DNA of 64,000 bases from Negaprion brevirostris. Its lineage: Eukaryota. The DNA lies in assembly GCA_030324005.1 (NCBI GenBank), contig JARDVH010000193.1:36191871-36255870 (forward strand), given 5' to 3'. Under the pieces are notes generated by a model. The model worked only from the letters and a program-made list of their open reading frames with translations. It ran no database searches and had not been told where the DNA came from. A program made the translations under genes and the position numbers. Of this stretch, positions 50,386-62,779 are shown piece after piece; the first letter of the stretch is position 1; every line of letters starts with the position of its first letter.

Positions 50386-51289
50386 AACTCTGATTCTCTC
50401 TCTTGCCCCTCTTTATATTCTCATTATGTACGCTGCACTGGTAATAGATGCGTACTAGATGTATTCTCTTGTCAATTATTATGTTCGCTATCAATATGCC
50501 TCAGCTAAATCCATGTTGTTAGCACATTTACTCCTATGCATATGCTTTTGCTCTGTATATAATTCTAGTCATGTTGCACATGTTGGAATCTAAATAGGAA
50601 TAATCTGCAATTTGTATGTTAATCAGACACATCTCTTTCCCACTTTCACATTCTGAACCATTCTGTTGCCGACAAAGGGTTAAAGGCATAGTCTTTCAGT
50701 CCCAGCCCTAATTCTCATGATGCAAATCTCTTCACTCTTTGTCTATGCTTTGGATCTGAGCGAGTGGAAATATCACAGTCTTGTGCTTATTAAACACTCT
50801 ACAACTGTCCTATTAATCTAAACACAAATCCCCATTTTCCAAAGAAATTACTTTTCATACCACAATATACTTTACGTTGACTCCACTTAAGTGCATGCTC
50901 ATATGTGCAAATGCAATTGTGGGAAATCAGTTGTACGTTTAATAAGAATGCAATGTACCACAAAATCCAATATCCCAACTTTAACACAATTCTATATCGG
51001 CATCAGTGGAGACGCGCTACAGAAACTGGTGTAACAGGTGTATCCATATGTTAAGAACTAGGGCCAATGATACGTATGTGTGAAAACGTAGAGTGGTTAA
51101 CATCCAATCTGATTTGTTATAATTAATTGTGCTGCAAATGAAGAAATTTGTAGAAAATAGCTTACAGCAACTTTCCTTCGTATTGAAAGAATTTAATTAG
51201 TTGCTGATAATTTATTAACACCAAGTCAAATGAATCATCAATATTGTAAAAAAATTGCATGTAATCTAAATCTCTTTTAATTTTTGATT

Positions 51290-51580
51290 TCTTTTATTGG
51301 ATTTGATTTATTATTGTCACATGTATTGGGATACAGTGAAAAGTATTGTTTCTTGCAAGCTATAAAGACAAAGCATACCATTCATAGAAAATAAAAGGAG
51401 AGGGTGCAGAATGTTGTGTTACAGTATTAGCTAGGGTGTAGAGAAAGATCAACTTAATATGAGGTAGGTCCATTCAAAAGTCTGATGGCAGCAGGGAAGG
51501 AGCTATTCTTGAGTTGGTTGGTATAAGTCCTCAGACTTTGTATCTTTTTTCTTGATGGAAGATGGAAGAGAGTTGGAAGN
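51290..51580 (-). mobile_element. Rex1/Babar-type LINE 3' end
   Basis: Antisense cttttcactgtatcccaatacatgtgacaataataaatcaaatc tail; NRLKNSSFPAAIRLLN. Confidence 0.85.
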
Positions 51581-51984
51581 NNNNNNNNNNNNNNNNNNNN
51601 NNNNNNNNNNNNNNNNNNNNNNNNNNNNNNNNNNNNNNNNNNNNNNNNNNNNNNNNNNNNNNNNNNNNNNNNNNNNNNNGTTTCAAATGACTTCCATTAG
51701 TTAAAGCTATGAATCTTCTGAAGCATGACAGTGCTGAAAGTAAATATCCATTTTTCCATCCAAATAAAAAACATGCTATCATGGCAGATAATTATAGACA
51801 TTGAATTAAGTGTCTTATTCAGTGATCCATCTGCATGAGGCTACACCCTAAAAATCATTAAATTACACATTTTTCCCCTCTTTTCTCTGTTTATGTGAAG
51901 AGAGATTAAGGTTGAAATCAAGCTGTATGATACTGGTATCAAACACTCACAAGTATATACATGTGAGTATCTCTTTTCTTGGGA

Positions 51985-52062
51985 AATGTGTTATGGAATC
52001 TTTTATATACACCTGAGAGGGCAAATGGGACCTGGATTTAACCACAAGATGGTGCAGCACTA
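51985..52062 (-). mobile_element. DeuSINE Deu-domain fragment
   Basis: atggaatcttttatatacacctgagagggcaaatggga..ggatttaac..gtgcagcact. Confidence 0.65.
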
Positions 52063-52564
52063 TTTAAACCCAAATAAAATAAATGGGATAACACCACTAT
52101 TAAAATAGCATTATTATGTTTGCTATCAATATCCCAAAGATTTAACCCAGCAAATTTAAAATTTGATTTGCTTATATTCCCATATGAATAGATATTTGAA
52201 TATATCTGTAATACCAAATTTAATCAATAATTTACAATTAAATCTCTGATTTTTATTTCACATATCTGTTTGGTCTACAAATAAAAATGGTTTAGTTTGG
52301 CCAAATGGTGAAAAGAGGCAGCAAATGGATGCTGTGCTAACACAAAAATACCTGTTTGAAAGTGTGCAAGTTTAGCACTCAAGCACCGATCAGGCACAAT
52401 TTTCCTGGAGTTGTATGAAGCCTACGCCCCTCCACCTGTGTGGAGCCTGTACTCGCCCACTTCCACGAAAGACTGCGATGGTTGGCAGAGCCTGAAGGAG
52501 CAAGAGAGAGGAAGCCCTGGTTCTTTGGTATGGCATTGGAGCAAAAAGTGAAGTTCAAGGGGGA

Positions 52565-52872
52565 TAGAATCTATATAATACAGAAGGAGGCCATTTGGCC
52601 CATTGACTTTGTACCAACCATAATCCCACCCATGCCCTATTCCTGTACCCTCACCTATTTACCCTGCTAATCTCCTTGACACTAGGATCAATTTATCATG
52701 GCCAATCAATCTAACCCACACATATTTGGGATGTGGGAGGAAACTGGAGCACCCAGAGGAAACCCATGCAGACACAAAGAGAAAATGCAAACTTCATACA
52801 CACAGTGACCCGATGCCAGGATTGAACTTGGGTCCCTGGTGCTGTGAGACCACTGTGCCACCGTGCCGCCCA
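52565..52872 (-). mobile_element. Type B V-SINE
   Basis: cagaaggaggccatttggccc tail to ccactgtgccaccgtgccgccc head. Confidence 0.92.
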
Positions 52873-52879
52873 ATTGTTT

Positions 52880-54030
52880 AAATCAGTGTTAGCTGTTTCT
52901 TGATCCTTTTGCCAATAGAAACAGTAGTTTCTCTCTTTCTACTCTGCCTAGACCCCTCATAATTTTCAACATGTCTATTAAGTCTCCTCTTTCTAAGGAG
53001 ACCAATATAAGCTTCTCCAAACTAGGCATGTAACTGAAGCTCCCAATCCCTGGAGCCCTTCTTGTAATGTTCTCTCTCAACACTCTCCCAATGCTTTCAC
53101 AGCCTTCCTAAAGTAGTGTGCTCAATTTGGAAACAACATCACACTGAGGTGGAACCGATGTTTTATGAAAGGTTCACCACAACTTTCTTGCTTTTGTACT
53201 CTATGTTCCTTTTCATAAAGCCCAGGATCCAGTCTGCTTTAAACCACTTTCTCAATCTCCCTGCCTCCTTCAGTGATTTGTGCATGTATCACCCCAGGTC
53301 CTTTGCTCCTGCAGCCCCTTGAGAATTTAATCTTTAAAATGGATATACTGTGAATTCCTGATGCATCACTTTGGTATTTCATTAAACTTTAGTATTTCAT
53401 TTGAAACAAATCATTGATTACATTTGACTGTTCTTCAAATTATAACCTGAACTAGATTTTGAGCCTTTTACCTCGGATGGTGATGGCTAACACAAGGGGA
53501 CATAGCTTTAAATTAAGGGGTGGTAATTATAGGACAGNNNNNNNNNNNNNNNNNNNNNNNNNNNNNNNNNNNNNNNNNNNNNNNNNNNNNNNNNNNNNNN
53601 NNNNNNNNNNNNNNNNNNNNNNNNNNNNNNNNNNNNNCCCAGGATCCAGTCTGCTTTTTCTTTCTCAACCTATACTATCACTTTAATGATTTTTACATAC
53701 ATAGTCTCAGGTCCGTCTGTTCTTGCACCCCTTTAGAATTGTAGTCTTTAGCTTATATTGTCTTGTTTCATTCTTCCTATTAAAATTTATCACTTTGCAC
53801 TTCTCTGCGTTAAATTTCATCTGCCATATGCCCCGTCTGTCTCTGTTTTCTTGAAGTCTATCACTATTCTCTTTGTTGTTTACTACACTTTCAGATTTTG
53901 TATCATCGAAAGACATTTTGAAATAGCGCTTTGTAAGCCCAGTCATTAATATCCATCATGAAAAGCAGTGGTCCTCGTACCAACCCCTGGGGAACACCAT
54001 TGTATACCTTCCTCATGTCTGAAAAAGTGA
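52880..54030. mobile_element. CR1 fragments (- 52880-53330; + 53458-53537; - 53638-54030)
   Basis: RGDLIDMLKIMRGLGRV; NTRGHSFKLRG; FDDTK..WQMKFNAEKCKV. Confidence 0.88.
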
Positions 54031-54284
54031 ATAGTCTCCCAAACTTTCTCACGGATTTAACCTGACTTCTGGTGCCTACTGGCGCAACCTACTCAGAAAT
54101 TACAGAATTCTGATAGAACCTCTTGATTGTCTTTAACAAGGGCAATTGCAGTGTGGAGCAACCCAGGCCACAGCCAACGATTCCCTATGCTATGAGTTCC
54201 TATCTCCGTGGCTCATTTGGAACAACATGCCTTACAGGAGGTAATTATACAGGATGCAATGAGGTGCCCTAGCCTGTAGGTAGA

Positions 54285-55965
54285 GATAACGAGGTCTAAT
54301 ATTTCTCATCAGTATTTACTGTTGAGAAAGGCATGGATGTTGGGGTACATGGGGAAATAAATAGTGATTTCCCGAGGAGTGTACACATTACAGAGAAGGA
54401 AATGTTAAAAGTCTAAAGGTGCATCAAGTTGGAGTGGATGAAGTGTATTCCAGGACATTGTGGGAGATTAGGGAGGAAATTAAAGGTCCCCTAGCAGAGA
54501 TATTTGAATCAACAATCACAGGGAACATGTCTGAAGATTGGAGGGTAGCACACCTTGAGCCTTTGTTTAAGAAGGGCTGCAGGGAAGTGCTTGGGAACGA
54601 CAGGCCAGACAGCCTGTCGTGGGTAGGTTGTTAGAAAGTATTCTGAGAGATAAGATCCACAGGCATTTTGAGAGGTAAGAACTGATTAGGAACAGTCGGC
54701 ATGGCTTTGTGAGTGAAAAATCAAGTCTCATGAATTTGATTGAGTTTTTTCAAGGGGTAACCAAGAAGATAGATGAGAGCAGTGCTGTTGACATTGTCTA
54801 AATGGACTTCAGCAAGGCCTATGACAAAGTACTGAATGGTAGGTTGTTGCATGAGATTAAATAACATGGAATCCAGGGTGAGGTAGCGAACTGAATACAA
54901 AATTGGCTTGATGACAGAAGGCAGAGATTGGTTGTAAAGGATTGTTTTTCAAATTGGATGCCTGTGACCAGCGTTGTGCCTCAGGGATCGGTGCTGGGTC
55001 CACTGTTATTTGTCATTTATATTAATGATTTGGATGAGAATTTAAAAGGTTAGTAAGTTTGCAGATAACATAAAGATTGGCATAGAGTACAGTGAAGAAG
55101 GTTATCTAGGATTGCAACAGGATCTTGGTCAATTGGGCCAATGGGCTGATGAATTGCAAATGGAGTTTAATTTAGATAAATGCATGGTGATACATTTTGG
55201 TAGATTAACCCAAGGCAGGACTTACTCAGTTAATGGTAGGGCATTGGGGAGAGTTACAGAACAAAGAGATGTAGGGGTACAGGCTCATAGCTCCTTGAAA
55301 GTGAAGTCACAGGTGGATAGAGCGGTAAAGAAGGCATTCGGCAAGCTTATTTCATTGGTCAGAACTTTGTATACAGGAGTTTGAACATCTTGTTGTAGTT
55401 GTACAAGACATTGGTAAGGCCACATTTGGAATATTGTGTACAGTTCTGGTCACCTATTACAGAAATGATATTATTAAACTAGAACGAGTGCAGAAAAGAC
55501 TTAGTAGGATGCAACTGGGACTTGATGGTTTGAGTTAGAGGAGTGGCTGGATAGACTGGGACTCTTTTCGCTGAAGCATAGGAAGCTTAGGGGTGATCTT
55601 ATAGAGGTCTATAAAGTAACAAGGACATAGACAAGATAGATAGTCAACTTCCTTTCCCAAAGTTAAGAGAGTCTATATCTAAAGAACGTAGGTTTAAGGT
55701 GAGAGGGGAGAGATACAAAAGGGTCCAGAGGGTCAATTTTTTCACACAGAGGGTGGTGAATGTCTGGAATGAGCTATCAGAGGATGAAGTAGAGACGGGT
55801 ACAATTTTGCCTTTTAAAAAGCATTTAGACAACTACTTGGGTAAGATTGATAAAGCGGGATATGGGCTAAACACAGGCAATTGGGATTAGCTTAATGGTA
55901 AAAACTGGGTGGTATGGACAAGTTAAACCGAAGGGCCTGTTTCCATGCAGTAAACCGCTATGACA
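54285..55965 (+). mobile_element. CR1/HER1 LINE, ~1.7 kb covering RT to the 3' tail, with stops and frameshifts
   Basis: [70 protein letters not shown]. Confidence 0.96.
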
Positions 55966-56504
55966 CTAATTGGACGAAAGACATCCACATACAAGCTGGA
56001 GACCCTTGGCAATTGGAACATCATTTGGAAAAAATACTGGATTTGATTCCTGTGCAAGAAAGGCATGATGAAAAAATTGGATTTACAAATACCAGCATGA
56101 GCTACCAAAAGGAAAAAGGTGCAAACATTTAGAAAATGTTCACACCCAAGAACAGAAATAGTTAACTACTATATGTGCCTATCTCCCTTTGTGTTTGTCC
56201 TCATCAGAGAACCCCAGATAACATTTAGAGCAAGCTCATATATTCAGTGTACAAAGAAGAGGAACTGAATATGAGAGATCATCCTCTCTTTCAGCAACAT
56301 AAGACAAAACACAACTAATTCTAACACCCCCTCACTTGCAAGCATCTTTCAAAGTGGTAATATAATGTCACTTTATTTTTAAAACATTGCATTTTACATT
56401 TACCTCATGATTAAATTATGGAGCAATTCATTCCTTACGTGGATTTCCAATGTTATTTTGAGCCAAACATTAATTAAATAAGTGTATATGAAGCATAAAT
56501 GAAA

Positions 56505-56705
56505 TAAAGTCCAAAACATGCAAGTTAGTGGATTGGCAATTCTAAACTGCTCGGTAGTGTCTAAAGATTTGTCTGTTAGGGGGATTAGCTATGGTAAATG
56601 TATGTGGTCACAGGGATAGGGTGGAGGGGAGGGCTTGGATGGGATGCTCTTTCAGGGAGTCAGTGCCAGCTCAATGTTCTGCATTGTAGGGACTCTATGG
56701 TTCTA
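56505..56705 (+). mobile_element. V-SINE 3' half (type B)
   Basis: agtccaaaacatgcaagttag..ttctgcattgtagggactctatggttcta. Confidence 0.8.
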
Positions 56706-56719
56706 CAGAAAGAAGAAGG

Positions 56720-57177
56720 TGTCAGCTCTGGTTCAGTTGGTAGCATTCTTGCCTCTGAGGAAGGAGGTTCAAGACCTATTCCAACAACCTGAGTACCAAT
56801 ATGAAAGTTAACAGACTAGTGCAGTACTGAGAGAGTGCTGCACTATCAGAGTTGCCATCATTTAGATGAGACAATAACTGAGATCCTGTCTACCCTCTCA
56901 GGTTGACATAGCAGATCCCATGGCTTTATCTTAAAGAAGATCAGATAAAGAAGAATTATTCCTGGTGTCCTAGCCAATACATATCCTGTTATCAACATCA
57001 CAACAAAATGGGTAAANNNNNNNNNNCATTATTGCATTGTTGTTCGGGAACTTGCTGAATGCAAACTGCCTGCTGTATTTCATAATTTACCACATTCGCT
57101 ACACGTCAAAAGTATTTTATTGGCTCTAACATGTTTTGGGACATTCTAGATTGTGAAAATCACTATATAAATGTAAT
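56720..57177 (+). mobile_element. Near full-length SacSINE1-like DeuSINE (AmnSINE1 relative)
   Basis: tRNA-like head ggttcagttggtagca..ggttcaag; Deu domain gcagtactgagagagtgctgcact..gatgagac..ctctcagg..gatcccatggc..ggtgtcctagccaat; L2-type tail ctatataaatg. Confidence 0.88.
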
Positions 57178-57189
57178 TGGTAGCACAGA

Positions 57190-57960
57190 ACTTGAATATC
57201 GCTGAATAAAGATATATTCTGTCTTGCACTCATCAGGACAGATTCAAGAATGCCAAATTTCAAAGGGAGCAATAATTTTTACTGCATGAGAAAAGTGTGC
57301 TGCTAGGTTCACAACTTGACTCAGATTAGTTGAAGCATTGCCATGGAGAGTGCACCAGGGAACTACCATCCCTCATGCTTTTGTTTAATTAAAAGCAGGT
57401 TCAATGCCTTGAAGTGGTCTTTGTTACTGCAGAGGACAAGTCCTTGCATATGAATATAAATTGCTTTTAACAAGAATAAATGCGCCACATTAACAACTAA
57501 ATTTAAGGTGATCAGTCGGGCTAGCAGTATAATCCTTAGCACACTCAGGATTATTCTGCAAGTGGGCCTCAGGCCACTATTTTCAGACCTGGGAAATGCC
57601 CCAGATATCCTGGAAGGATAAGGTATCTCAAAATGTAAGTAGCAGATGAAACCAACCAGAGCAACACAAGTGGTATAGTGTACTAACAGGATGTTGCCAT
57701 CAAGTCAAAAAAGATCAGCCTACACACACACAAGTACATGAATTTCAGTGCTGGTATGATGCCAAGTATTAAGCCAATTATCTCCATTGGGTTATATCAA
57801 ACAATATAATTCCTTCAGTGGTTTGCAAGAATACTGACTGTCCTCAACCAGCCTGTGTTGACAAAACTCAAATATAATTTTTAACATTAGACATGATTCA
57901 ACAATTGAGCAGTACTTGTTGAACAATTCCAAGTGTGTTAATTTTATAATCTATAAAACT
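57190..57960. mobile_element. Second Penelope-like family: inverted 3' part (- 57190-57555) joined to a GIY-YIG region (+ 57545-57960)
   Basis: + strand TNRMLPSSQK..HEFQCWYDAKY..DSTIEQYLLNNSKC; - strand NNPECAKDY..YIHMQGLVLC and ctgatgagtgc. Confidence 0.75.
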
Positions 57961-59022
57961 ATAATTTAATACATGCGACTCTTCATCTCACCTTTCATCT
58001 GCATAATTGTACATTATTTTTAAAATGGAAGAAAATACCTATGTATCATGTTCCAGTGAAAGAGATTGGGTTGTCTAACTAAATACATGTGACACCATGT
58101 TATGTTCACTGTAAATAAAATGGCTGGTGGCTGAGATTAGCTGGATGGCCATACGCTGTTCTGTGGGCAAGAAGTCATTAGTTACCCATTGCAACATTCT
58201 CAGAATCACCTTACTCTACCTCTACAATATGAACACATCATCTGCTGACCGACTCTGAGATGCAGTGACACCTAACATCATATCATAGTGGGGAAAGTGT
58301 AAGCACTAATCATTAGATTATAATAAAAGTATTTTTCCCCTGACACTGTGCCCTTGGGACCTAAGTGTTGATGAAATCAGACATACAATGAAAATCATTG
58401 AATGAAGGTGGTCTGTGAACACCTATACAATGCCATGCCTCACTGGTTTCTTTGGCTATCTATTACTTAAGACTGCTGAATACAATGATGCAATTTCATC
58501 ATATGAACTCCATGGTAGTTGAGTGACAAAACAGAGCAGATATTGCAGTCTATTGATTGGTGACCCTGTCCCACGTATAATTAGAGTTCTTTATTTGTAC
58601 ACTTCCAAACTGTAGTCTTTAAATTGTACTGACATCCTCACAAAAAGAAATTGGCCACTTCATACAAGTTTTCAATGTTGCTCTTCCACCTGTACAGCTC
58701 AGTGTCCATTGACTTGATCCATACAAATTAATTTTGAGCATGCTAAGAAAATCTATTATGTCCAGCATGTCCTACAATAAATCCATTCTGTGTGAAATAT
58801 TTTTAATCAGTTTTGATGTTTTAGGCTCCATCAAAAGAGACACGTTAAAACTGAAACAGTAACTAAAATATTTTCCCCGAGTGAGGTCATAAAATCCTGC
58901 CCCTAGTCTCCACGCTCCAAAGACATTGATTGTTGCTGGATTATAAGACTTGTGCTACTTTCTGGTATCTGATTTATTAATGTAAGCCAACTTGTCACAC
59001 TAATAAAAAACTTTTAAAAAAT

Positions 59023-59440
59023 GGGCAGCATGGTGGCACAGTGGTTAGCATAGCTGCATCTCAGAGCTGGGTTCAATTCCTGGCTTGGNNNNNNNNNNNN
59101 NNNNNNNNNNNNNNNNNNNNNNNNNNNNNNNNNNNNNNNNNNNNNNNNNNNNNNNNNNNNNNNNNNNNNNNNNNNNNNNNNNNNNNNNNNNNNNNNNNNN
59201 NNNNNNNNNNNNNNNNNNNNNNNCCGAACAGGTGGAGTGTGGAGACTAGGGGCGGGATTTTATGACCCCACTTGGGCGAGGCTCATAAAATCCCGCCCGA
59301 GGCCAACAGAGAATTCTGTTCTGCGAGTCGCGCCTGCCTCAGTTCAGGAAGCAAAGTCCTGGCCTCGGAGTTTTTCACAGTAACTTCATTGCAGTGTTAA
59401 TGTAAGCCTACTTGTGACACTAACAAAAATGCTTAAAACT
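59023..59440 (+). mobile_element. Type A V-SINE with a Harbinger MITE fragment (about 59249-59368) in its tail
   Basis: gtggagacta|ggggcgggattttatga..tcataaaatcccgccc..|ttttcacagtaacttc. Confidence 0.88.
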
Positions 59441-60266
59441 TTTGTAAATGACCATTCTTTACGTGTAAGTCTAGATAATGAGTATTGGCAGGCTGTTCAA
59501 GCATGGGAGAATCACAGCGAATTCGATGCTGCCCTCATCCTTCATCCCCAAACCAAGCTTCCAGCAGAGTTCAGGATAGCAGTCAATGGTTTTTCCCCTC
59601 CCAGAGGCGCTATCATCTTTGCTGCTGCCCTGGTTCAAATCAAATACCTAAACATAGATGAAGGAATTAACCTGAGATATTTTGAGTCTGTACAACTCAG
59701 GTACACACTGGGTAATGCAAAGAAAACTGGGCCATTTTTTCAGGGTTTTACTAAAACAAAGCAATTTACTATTTTCAAAACATAGGCCTTTCAAATATCA
59801 GGGCTAATTATTAAAAAGAAAATGGTACAAGCACATTAGAAAATTCATTTTGTTTTCACCCCTGAACAGAAACAGTTAGCTACCATGTGTTCCTTTATCT
59901 CTCCTCCTCTTTGTCCTGGCCTTAGAACCCTTGGCAACGTGTAAAGTGAGCTCGGGAATTCAGTGTACAGGAAATAGGAATGGAACTGAACTCAAGGGAT
60001 TATTCGGTGTTTCGGGTGATATGCAATAAAACACAATCAACCTTAAACACTTCACCTCCCAGGATCTTTCAAAATGCCAAAGAATGTCTGTGACCCTCCA
60101 GTTACAAACTCAATGGGGGCTAAATTCAGCAGCCTTCGAAAAGTGGGCGTAGGGATTACGACGCAGGCTTTGCTAATTTGCATGATTGTTGCATGAAGCC
60201 AGTGTCAAATACATTGTTAAATGGCTGCTCTGCTTCAGCAAGGGACTCAAATTTATGTGAGGTTAG

Positions 60267-62508
60267 TGTAGTATAAGGGTCTGATTCAGAAAGGGTTTAA
60301 CATGGGACTGGGTATAGTATCCCCATTGATCCAAGTCTGGAGGGCAGTCTTGAATTGGTCAGTCATTTTTGAGGAAAGCGTGGAGACAGCTCAGAGTTTA
60401 AAGCTTACACTGTGCATGTGTACAGAATTACTAGTACGTAATAAACGCTTACTGTAAAACTACAAAGGACTCAGCACCTTTTCATGGGATCTACTAAACT
60501 ACACACATCTTACAATCTAGCAGCTGTGATCAGAACAATGCAGGACTTCACAAAAGCTGGAGAAGGAAGTTAAAATGTGGAAGATTTAAAAAAAGAAGTA
60601 TTCTGACCTGATGAAAAGCACCAGACGTGAAGGTATAGAAGGCGATGGCCAATGAAATACTCCATGTACTGGAGGAGAAGATAGAAATAAAGCTCCACAC
60701 TGCACACTGCTGAAAACGCCAAAGTATCTGCTGGGAATTCAGCTTCAATATTCATTGGAAGCCGAATCAGAAGACCTTTTATTTATTCATTCAAGGGATC
60801 TGGGTATCACTGGCTAGGCCAGCCATTATTGCCCATCCCTATTGCCCTTGAGAAGGTGGTGGAAAGCTGCCTCCTTGAAGCATGGCTATCTTTGAGGTGT
60901 AGGTACACCAACTGTGCTGACTGGGAGGGTGTTCTAGGATTTTGACCCTGTGACAATGAAGGAATGCCAACATATTTTTTAGGAGGGTGAGCGGCTTGGA
61001 GGGAATTTCCAGTGGGGGTATCTGCTGCCCTTGCTCTGCTATATACTACTGGCCATGGGTTTGGAAAGTGCTGTCTAAGAAGCCTCGGTGAGTTTCTACA
61101 ATGCACCGTATAGATGGTACACATGGCTGTCACTGTGCGTCAGTGGAAGAGGAAGTGAATGTTTGTGGAAGGGGTAGCAACCAAGCCAATTGCTTTGTCC
61201 TGGATAGTGTTGAGCTTCTTCAATGTTGTTGGAGCTGCACCCTTCCAGGCAAGGAGAGAGTTTTTCATCATGTTGCTGACTTGTGCCTTGTAGATTGTGA
61301 TGAAGCCTTAGGAAGTCAGGAGGTGAGTTACTCACTGCAGAATTCCTAGCCTTGGACCTGCTTTTGTAGCCACAGTATTTATACGGCTTTTCCAGTTCAT
61401 TTTCTGGTCAATGGTGATCTTGAAGATGTTGATAGAGATGAATTCAGCAATGGTAATGCCATTGAATGTCAAGGGACAATGGTCGGATTGTCTCTTGTTG
61501 GAGATGGCTATGCTTATCACTTGTATGGTGTGAATGTTACTTGCCACTTGTCAGCCCAAGCCTGGATATTGTCCATGCCTTGCTGTATTTGGACATGGAC
61601 TGCCTCAGTATCTGAGGAGTCATGAATGGTGCTGACCATTGTGCAAGCATCAGCAAACATCCCCACTTCTGAGCTTATGATGGAAAGAATGTCATTGATG
61701 AAGCAGCTGAAAATGGTTGGGTTTGAACACCACCTTTAAAAACTCCTGCTATGATGCTGTGGAGCTAATGGCTAACCTACAACAACCACAGCTATCTTCC
61801 TTTATGCCAGGTACGATTCCAACCAGAGGGATTTTCCCCCTGATTCCTATGGCCTCCAATAATATTAGGGGTCCTTGATGCCACACTCAGTCAAATGTGG
61901 CCTTGGTGTCAAGGGCAGTCACTCTCACCTTATCTCTGGAGCCTTTGGCCCATGTTTGAACCAAGTTCCTAAGTAAAAGTGGTTCAATTCCAAAGAATAA
62001 AAATAGATAATTAAGATCATGCAACCAAGCACCAGAATGACCATATTTAAATGCAATATTCAGTCAAAAAGTCTACCACTCTTACAACTGTTGCAAAGAC
62101 AAGATCTGGAAAATTACAAAACTTCCAGACCACTTGAACCTGTAACCACAGAGTATACAGGATGAGGTGAAGAGTAGTAGAATTATTATAAATATGTTAT
62201 ATAAACACAAATTCACTGCAAATACTTTGGACAAAGACTTGGGGAAGTACAGTTTAAGTGGCTGTTATAGAAAAGGTTAACATGGGACTGGGTTACAACA
62301 CTGCTGAGAACGTGATGTAAAGGAACACATGACCAAGTCTAAATGATCGTCTTGGACAGGACAGAGATGTGTATAGGGGCAAGCATGGAGTTAACTCTTA
62401 ACTTAGAGTGTATGTTATCCATTCATACATAGCTGCCATCAGCTATAAACACATACTGTTAAAACACCCTCTTTGTGAGACTGACCAAATGACACACAAC
62501 ATCTTACA
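60267..62508 (+). mobile_element. Internally deleted Gypsy-type LTR retrotransposon (LTRs 60267-60514 and 62248-62508)
   Basis: LTRs share agaaa.ggtt.aacatgggactggg and acaca..catcttaca; PBS-like tagcagctgtgat; pol end KTRSG..TKLPDHLNL-stop; PPT ggggaag at 62241-62247. Confidence 0.75.
60780..61970 (-). mobile_element. Second CR1-clade LINE (RT to 3' end) inserted in the LTR element
   Basis: PLTFNGITIAE..ITIDQKMNW..INTVATKAG.RLGILQ; antisense VGMFADA. Confidence 0.92.
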
Positions 62509-62779
62509 ATAGCTGTCACCAATGAAAACTAACTAGAAATATTTAAAGCTAGCCTCTTAAAGGGGAAGTGCAGTCTGACTGTAGCAGGGTTTCTGGTAGC
62601 GAGTCTGAGGAGGAAAAAGGGTGAATTATGGCACAACATGGGAGAACGTGTGCTCCAGACGTCACTGACAATGCACTGCATGTCCTGGTAAAGATGGTGG
62701 AGAAGAAGAAAAGGTCCTCTGTCCACAGGGGTCCAAGTGGCCCCTCAGACAAACTGTGCAAAGATAATGGGAGCAGATA

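Larger units (their letters stand above)
60115..62775 (+). mobile_element. Harbinger transposon remnant: left end 60115-60265 and Myb/SANT-like ORF start 62628-62775
   Basis: ggggctaaattc TIR-like end; MAQHGRTCAPDVTDNALHVLVKMVEKKK..LCPQG..PLRQTVQR-W resembles Harbinger Myb/SANT (NAIF1/MSANTD-like) proteins. Confidence 0.65.
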
